In this document: positions 61,801 through 64,000 of the stretch, piece after piece
How the letters are laid out: each line of letters opens with the position of its first letter
Numbering within the stretch: the stretch's first letter is position 1
Translations under genes and position numbers: made by a program
The notes under the pieces: generated by a model
What the model saw: the letters and a program-made list of their open reading frames with translations, nothing else
What the model was told of the DNA's origin: nothing
Database searches by the model: none
Source: Styela clava
Taxonomy: Eukaryota
DNA: 64,000 nucleotides
Reading direction: 5' to 3'
Assembly (NCBI RefSeq): GCF_964204865.1
Contig: NC_135264.1
Coordinates: 15,128,001-15,192,000, forward strand

Positions 61801-63802
61801 ATTAATATTGCATGATGCATGTGTTTATACTTCTTCAATTTAACAATTAGCACTAGCATGGTTGAATTTAGTATGTCACGAACATAAATTGAATGAAACT
61901 TGGCATTGAATCTAATTTGAGTTGGCACCCAATTCTGCTTAATATGAAACAGTATATGCCTGAAATCATTGCTTCAACCAGCTAATGAGAAAAGTAATCT
62001 GCACCTGCTTTGGCCAGTATTGTTTTCGCTATAACCCTTTTCTTGGAAAAAGTTATAGACGCATGATTTTACCATTAGCTTACATTGTTACAATAGTGGA
62101 TGCATGAAATTTTTAACATCACATATATTGTGTTTATTTAACTTGTTTGCATGTTTACTTGCTGTAGTGCAGTTTCTTGCATTTTTATTGTTAAGTGGCA
62201 TTGTTGCAATTGGTATCTCGAAAATGAAAAAAAAAATCTAATACAAACAATACATACCAAAACTGTCTGGCAATGCTGTTTCCAATTCCAATAATTCCAT
62301 TTGCAACATCTTGGTGATTGCATGGGCTTGCTTGCTGCATGTTAGAATAAAGTTAAGTCCAAAATGTATGATTGATTCATCCAAATTGATAAAAAAAAAA
62401 TATAGAAATATTCGGTACTTTTTATTTGTTTAAATCTAATTTTATCATACATTTTGGATTGTATGTTGGTAGCTTAAAGCCTGTTTACACCCCATATTTT
62501 GATAAATTCAGTTTGTATAAAAGTAATCATAAATTTAACTGTTCAGCTTTTCCCATACCTAATCTGGCAGACCCTCAAATTATGATAATTTATTATTAAA
62601 TTGTTTTATTGACTTCCACGCTTAAGATTAAATAGGAAATCTCACTTTTTTTTTATTCTATCCCATTGTTAACGTGATTTAATGATAGGAAATAAGAATG
62701 AATAAAAAAATTGGTATTATCCAATTTTTAATTAAAAAATCTACTCATGTTTGTTGGGCCTTGCTGGACTTATACTTATCCTAAATTATGATCTGAAACC
62801 AACATCGCAAATTGATGTGATGGATTTGTTTATGACTTTAAATTTATTGAAAATCATTTTGCAAAATACTTGGTGTAAACAGGATATAAATTCAAAACTT
62901 TGACACAATTTTTAACGTTGTTTTTCTCCAAATCCAGGGACGATGGTTCGACAACTTTTACCTACAACACTCCCGATACAATCACTACCTGGGAGCTCAG
63001 TAGTTTTGCTGTTTCTGACAAGAAAGGTCTTGGAGTCACTGATGAAACATCAAAGGTTGAATTTGTTAACTGACTCTATTTCTGGTTATGATTGTGTACC
63101 GAGTGCTATGAACATGTTTATCATTGTAAATTTCCCGCGTGCATTACCATGTTGGGGCTCTTATTATAATGAATGTACAAACCCTCTTCAACACAGGATG
63201 GTATGTTTTGAATAAACTGCATTTTACCTTTATTAAATTTTATATTACTGATAGTTTCACATATTACCAAACTATACCAGCAGTTCTCAACCTTTTTTCT
63301 GCACTTCCAATTTGGGTCTTCGTTTCCAACATATTACATCCTACAATAAAATTTAGCCGCTGATTGAACTTCTTTTTTTTGTCGAAATTCATTCAAAGTA
63401 ATTTCATCCCCATTAGAGACCTCTCAATTACTCATCGGTTGGAAACAACTGCAATAGACTAACACATTGGAAGAAACCTTTGAATGTTTTCAAAACCTCA
63501 AATATTCGCATATGTGCAAAAAAGTACTACATTGGCAATCTCATTTTGTTACAGATTATTACTAAAAAATAAACATGATGAGATACTTCCTAAACGAGCT
63601 TCAAGCTCGTGATTATTGGGATGATAATATCATCAACTGAAATCTGACCATGAACTAGATTTTATTTAAATTACCCTTTATATCACAGATCACAGTCTTC
63701 CGCAACTTCTTCATTTCCCTGAATCTTCCTCCAACCATGATCAGAGGAGAAACACTGAATATGAAGACGACCCTCTTCAACTACTTTGATGATGAGCTGA
63801 CA
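31816..63802 (+). CDS. Alpha-2-macroglobulin/CD109/TEP-family protein, N-terminal part (MG domains, bait region, start of A2M domain); gene continues beyond the window
   Basis: Constitutive exons: 31816-31877, 32311-32468, 33139-33167, 33416-33593, 34492-34706, 38237-38364, 38997-39102, 39400-39538, 40401-40495, 40719-40801, 41455-41605, 42588-42767, 42990-43199, 43679-43828, 44150-44269, 44885-44939 (2059 nt = 686 codons + 1), then one cassette, then 62938-63055 and 63689-63802. Family motifs: IFIQTDKAIYQPG, VEEYKLPKFKV, FTFGQPVKG, SPSNTFIQV, DGEIVADS, GLRAIDQSVLLLKSGNDIT, FPESWIW, PDTITTW, FFISLNLP..IRGE..FNY. The thioester GCGEQ would lie downstream of the window and was not seen. Confidence 0.93.
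43906..44085. mobile_element. Small hAT-like MITE in a TEP intron
   Basis: TIRs AGTGGTGGGATTCA / TGAATCCCATCACTG; near-identical 8-bp flanks AACCTAAT / GACCTAAT. Confidence 0.7.
45979..46171 (+). CDS. Alternative bait exon 1: YDFGCPFCGGGIGFGGGAGGGRPIRLMSFSAKPAPLRRQMAQSSSVPKTRSYFPESWIWAKEEIG
   Basis: cag| ... GG|gttagg, 193 nt (3n+1), open frame. Confidence 0.85.
46420..46609 (+). CDS. Alternative bait exon 2: YSGSFFRPFRPLGARNLVMAMPRALMGFAKPAPMARQYSKAKSSAPKTRSYFPESWIWADEYIG
   Basis: cag| ... GG|gttaga, 190 nt. Confidence 0.85.
46906..47074 (+). CDS. Alternative bait exon 3 (absent from the ORF track): WNRGILRRIAGEPIAEDRGGAKAWALFYTRKLKAEIAAQKLRSYFPETWIWSQSYIG
   Basis: cag| ... GG|gttaga, 169 nt. 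Confidence 0.85.
47796..47997 (+). CDS. Alternative bait exon 4: SIWPKEETICIEIEGEKVCHTFALPQPIMLSASAPATAVLRSPEGTNNVKVTRFFFPESWIWTDSISG
   Basis: tag| ... GG|gtacgg, 202 nt. Confidence 0.85.
48697..48930 (+). repeat. Tandem duplication of ~117 bp
   Basis: GAAAACTCCAT(G/A)ATGTAAACTAATT...CGCGAACGTCTTGATAGT twice, head to tail. Confidence 0.85.
49227..49434 (+). CDS. Alternative bait exon 5: FIQPIFSCRRKRGLLRNKRCAMFDRKDMLRPAAPGMAANSGLRFKGDSKQTSKARTNFPESWIWTDSTLG
   Basis: cag| ... GG|gtacgg, 208 nt. Confidence 0.85.
50049..50205 (+). CDS. Alternative bait exon 6: WGDTGCRMTEDGFEVCAMMMMRGIQDETFIMNSPPKTRSFFPETWIWTEDKIG
   Basis: tag| ... GG|gttaga, 157 nt. Confidence 0.83.
50767..50950 (+). CDS. Alternative bait exon 7: FFDPCPRCMRPFFGVQRIVGGPADGNIRHRVSSGITPAKATSTKTTRSYFPESWIWADEYIG
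   Basis: aag| ... GG|gttaga, 184 nt. Confidence 0.82.
52193..52361 (+). CDS. Alternative bait exon 8 (recent duplicate of 7): FFDRCPQCIRVRIFGGAANGNIRHRVSSGIVPAKATSTKTTRCYFPESWIWADKYIG
   Basis: aag| ... GG|gttaga, 169 nt. Confidence 0.82.
53347..53527 (+). pseudogene. Alternative bait exon 9 with an in-frame stop: FFGSSPCCMRRQFMRRRPGNARIVGGNDMNRNAPPAAKVGTSTKTRSFFPESWI*ANEYMG
   Basis: tag| ... GG|gttagg, 181 nt; the conserved Trp codon TGG reads TGA at 53508-53510. Confidence 0.78.
54443..54656 (+). CDS. Alternative bait exon 10: FPMHPWMLFRLGGPGPESAMAMAGQPGMAGQPGMAGQPAPPPSQPGQPGGSQPTKARSYFPESWIWTEELVG
   Basis: aag| ... GG|gttagg, 214 nt; internal 18-bp tandem repeat at 54505-54556. Confidence 0.83.
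56254..56464 (+). CDS. Alternative bait exon 11: FGEFYYYDGPVGLAGVNFRGMAEVDFEMLADYSMDFDMDDADGFAGSSQQLGSKTRSYFPESWIWTDSKTG
   Basis: aag| ... GG|gtttgt, 211 nt. Confidence 0.8.
57934..58099 (+). CDS. Alternative bait exon 12: YPFGGLEGNGFHFFPSVPMALARTESRIVGSNKQSGASKTRSYFPESWIWTDDHTG
   Basis: aag| ... GG|gttagc, 166 nt. Confidence 0.8.
59030..59186 (+). CDS. Alternative bait exon 13: WGHGRPMPMMMAMNAAPMLRSAVPVMKGAFRQSSTKVRKYFPETWIWAEKSLG
   Basis: tag| ... GG|gtttgt, 157 nt. Confidence 0.85.
59451..59592 (+). CDS. Alternative bait exon 14: WRHGPIMFKTLEFARMMLGSSFTKSAQSIVKVRKYFPETWIWTNDTIG
   Basis: cag| ... GG|gttggt, 142 nt. Confidence 0.85.
60634..60802 (+). CDS. Alternative bait exon 15 (absent from the ORF track): FNYFWLEEDAQHVMFAMATDDGAPVNKVLVDQGSASTPSVTRSFFPESWIWTDSQIG
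   Basis: aag| ... GG|gtggga, 169 nt. Confidence 0.83.
61582..61683 (+). repeat. 20-bp minisatellite, 5 copies
   Basis: (TACTGCAAATCTGCGCTAAA)x5 with one mismatch. Confidence 0.9.
61809..62341 (+). promoter_or_regulatory. Putative intronic splicing-regulatory cluster of Rbfox-type (U)GCAUG motifs
   Basis: TGCATG at 61809, 61816, 62101, 62148, 62319 and 62336; GCATG at 61856 and 62061. Confidence 0.55.
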
Positions 63803-64000
63803 GTGAGTTTTCCGAGCTTATAAAATCGATTTTCATCAAAGTTAAGGATATACAAATTCATTGATTTGCCAACCAAAAACAAATAAATAAAAGTACACAT
63901 ACAATAAAAAAAAGAAAAATGTTTTTTAGTAAAGACCGGATGGAGCGATAGGACCATACGATCATGAGAGTCAGTCCCCTACATTATAGAGACAGCCTAC

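Noticed and set aside
60941-62040. Short segments complementary to cassette donors (e.g. TCCTAACCTA ~60941, ATAACCCT ~62031) as antisense docking sites
   Set aside because: Matches of only 8-12 nt in AT-rich DNA cannot be distinguished from chance without computation.

Overview
AT-rich, intron-containing eukaryotic (invertebrate metazoan-like) genomic DNA with many hAT-type MITEs and tRNA-derived SINEs. The organism cannot be fixed from the sequence alone. There are three genes. (1) A complete 10-exon arylsulfatase B-like gene on the minus strand (CDS 19827->9453, 525 aa, CTPSR active-site motif). (2) The 5' part of an alpha-2-macroglobulin/CD109/TEP-family (thioester protein) gene on the plus strand: TATA ~29676, ATG 31816, running off the right end. 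(3) The promoter, 5'UTR exon and signal-peptide exon of a close paralogue of that TEP on the minus strand, running off the left end; the two paralogues arose by inverted duplication and flank the sulfatase. The main discovery is inside the plus-strand TEP. Between constitutive exons 44885-44939 and 62938-63055 lies a tandem array of 15 alternative 'bait-region' cassette exons (45979-60802). Each has phase 1-in/phase 2-out splice sites and length 3n+1, and encodes a hypervariable 5' part plus a conserved R-(S/K/T/F/C)-(Y/F/N)-FPE(S/T)WIW-x4-G end, so exactly one must be chosen per mRNA (Dscam/Tep2-like mutually exclusive splicing). The variable parts look like a library of protease-substrate decoys: R-IVGG zymogen activation sites, collagen/MMP-like GPVG-LAG and GQPG-MAGQ, furin-like RRKR, and acidic or Met-rich baits. 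All cassettes have non-consensus donors, most have a nearby downstream (T)GCATG Rbfox-type motif, and a dense TGCATG cluster lies in the last intron. Exon coordinates were read by hand from splice signals and reading-frame continuity, without transcript data.
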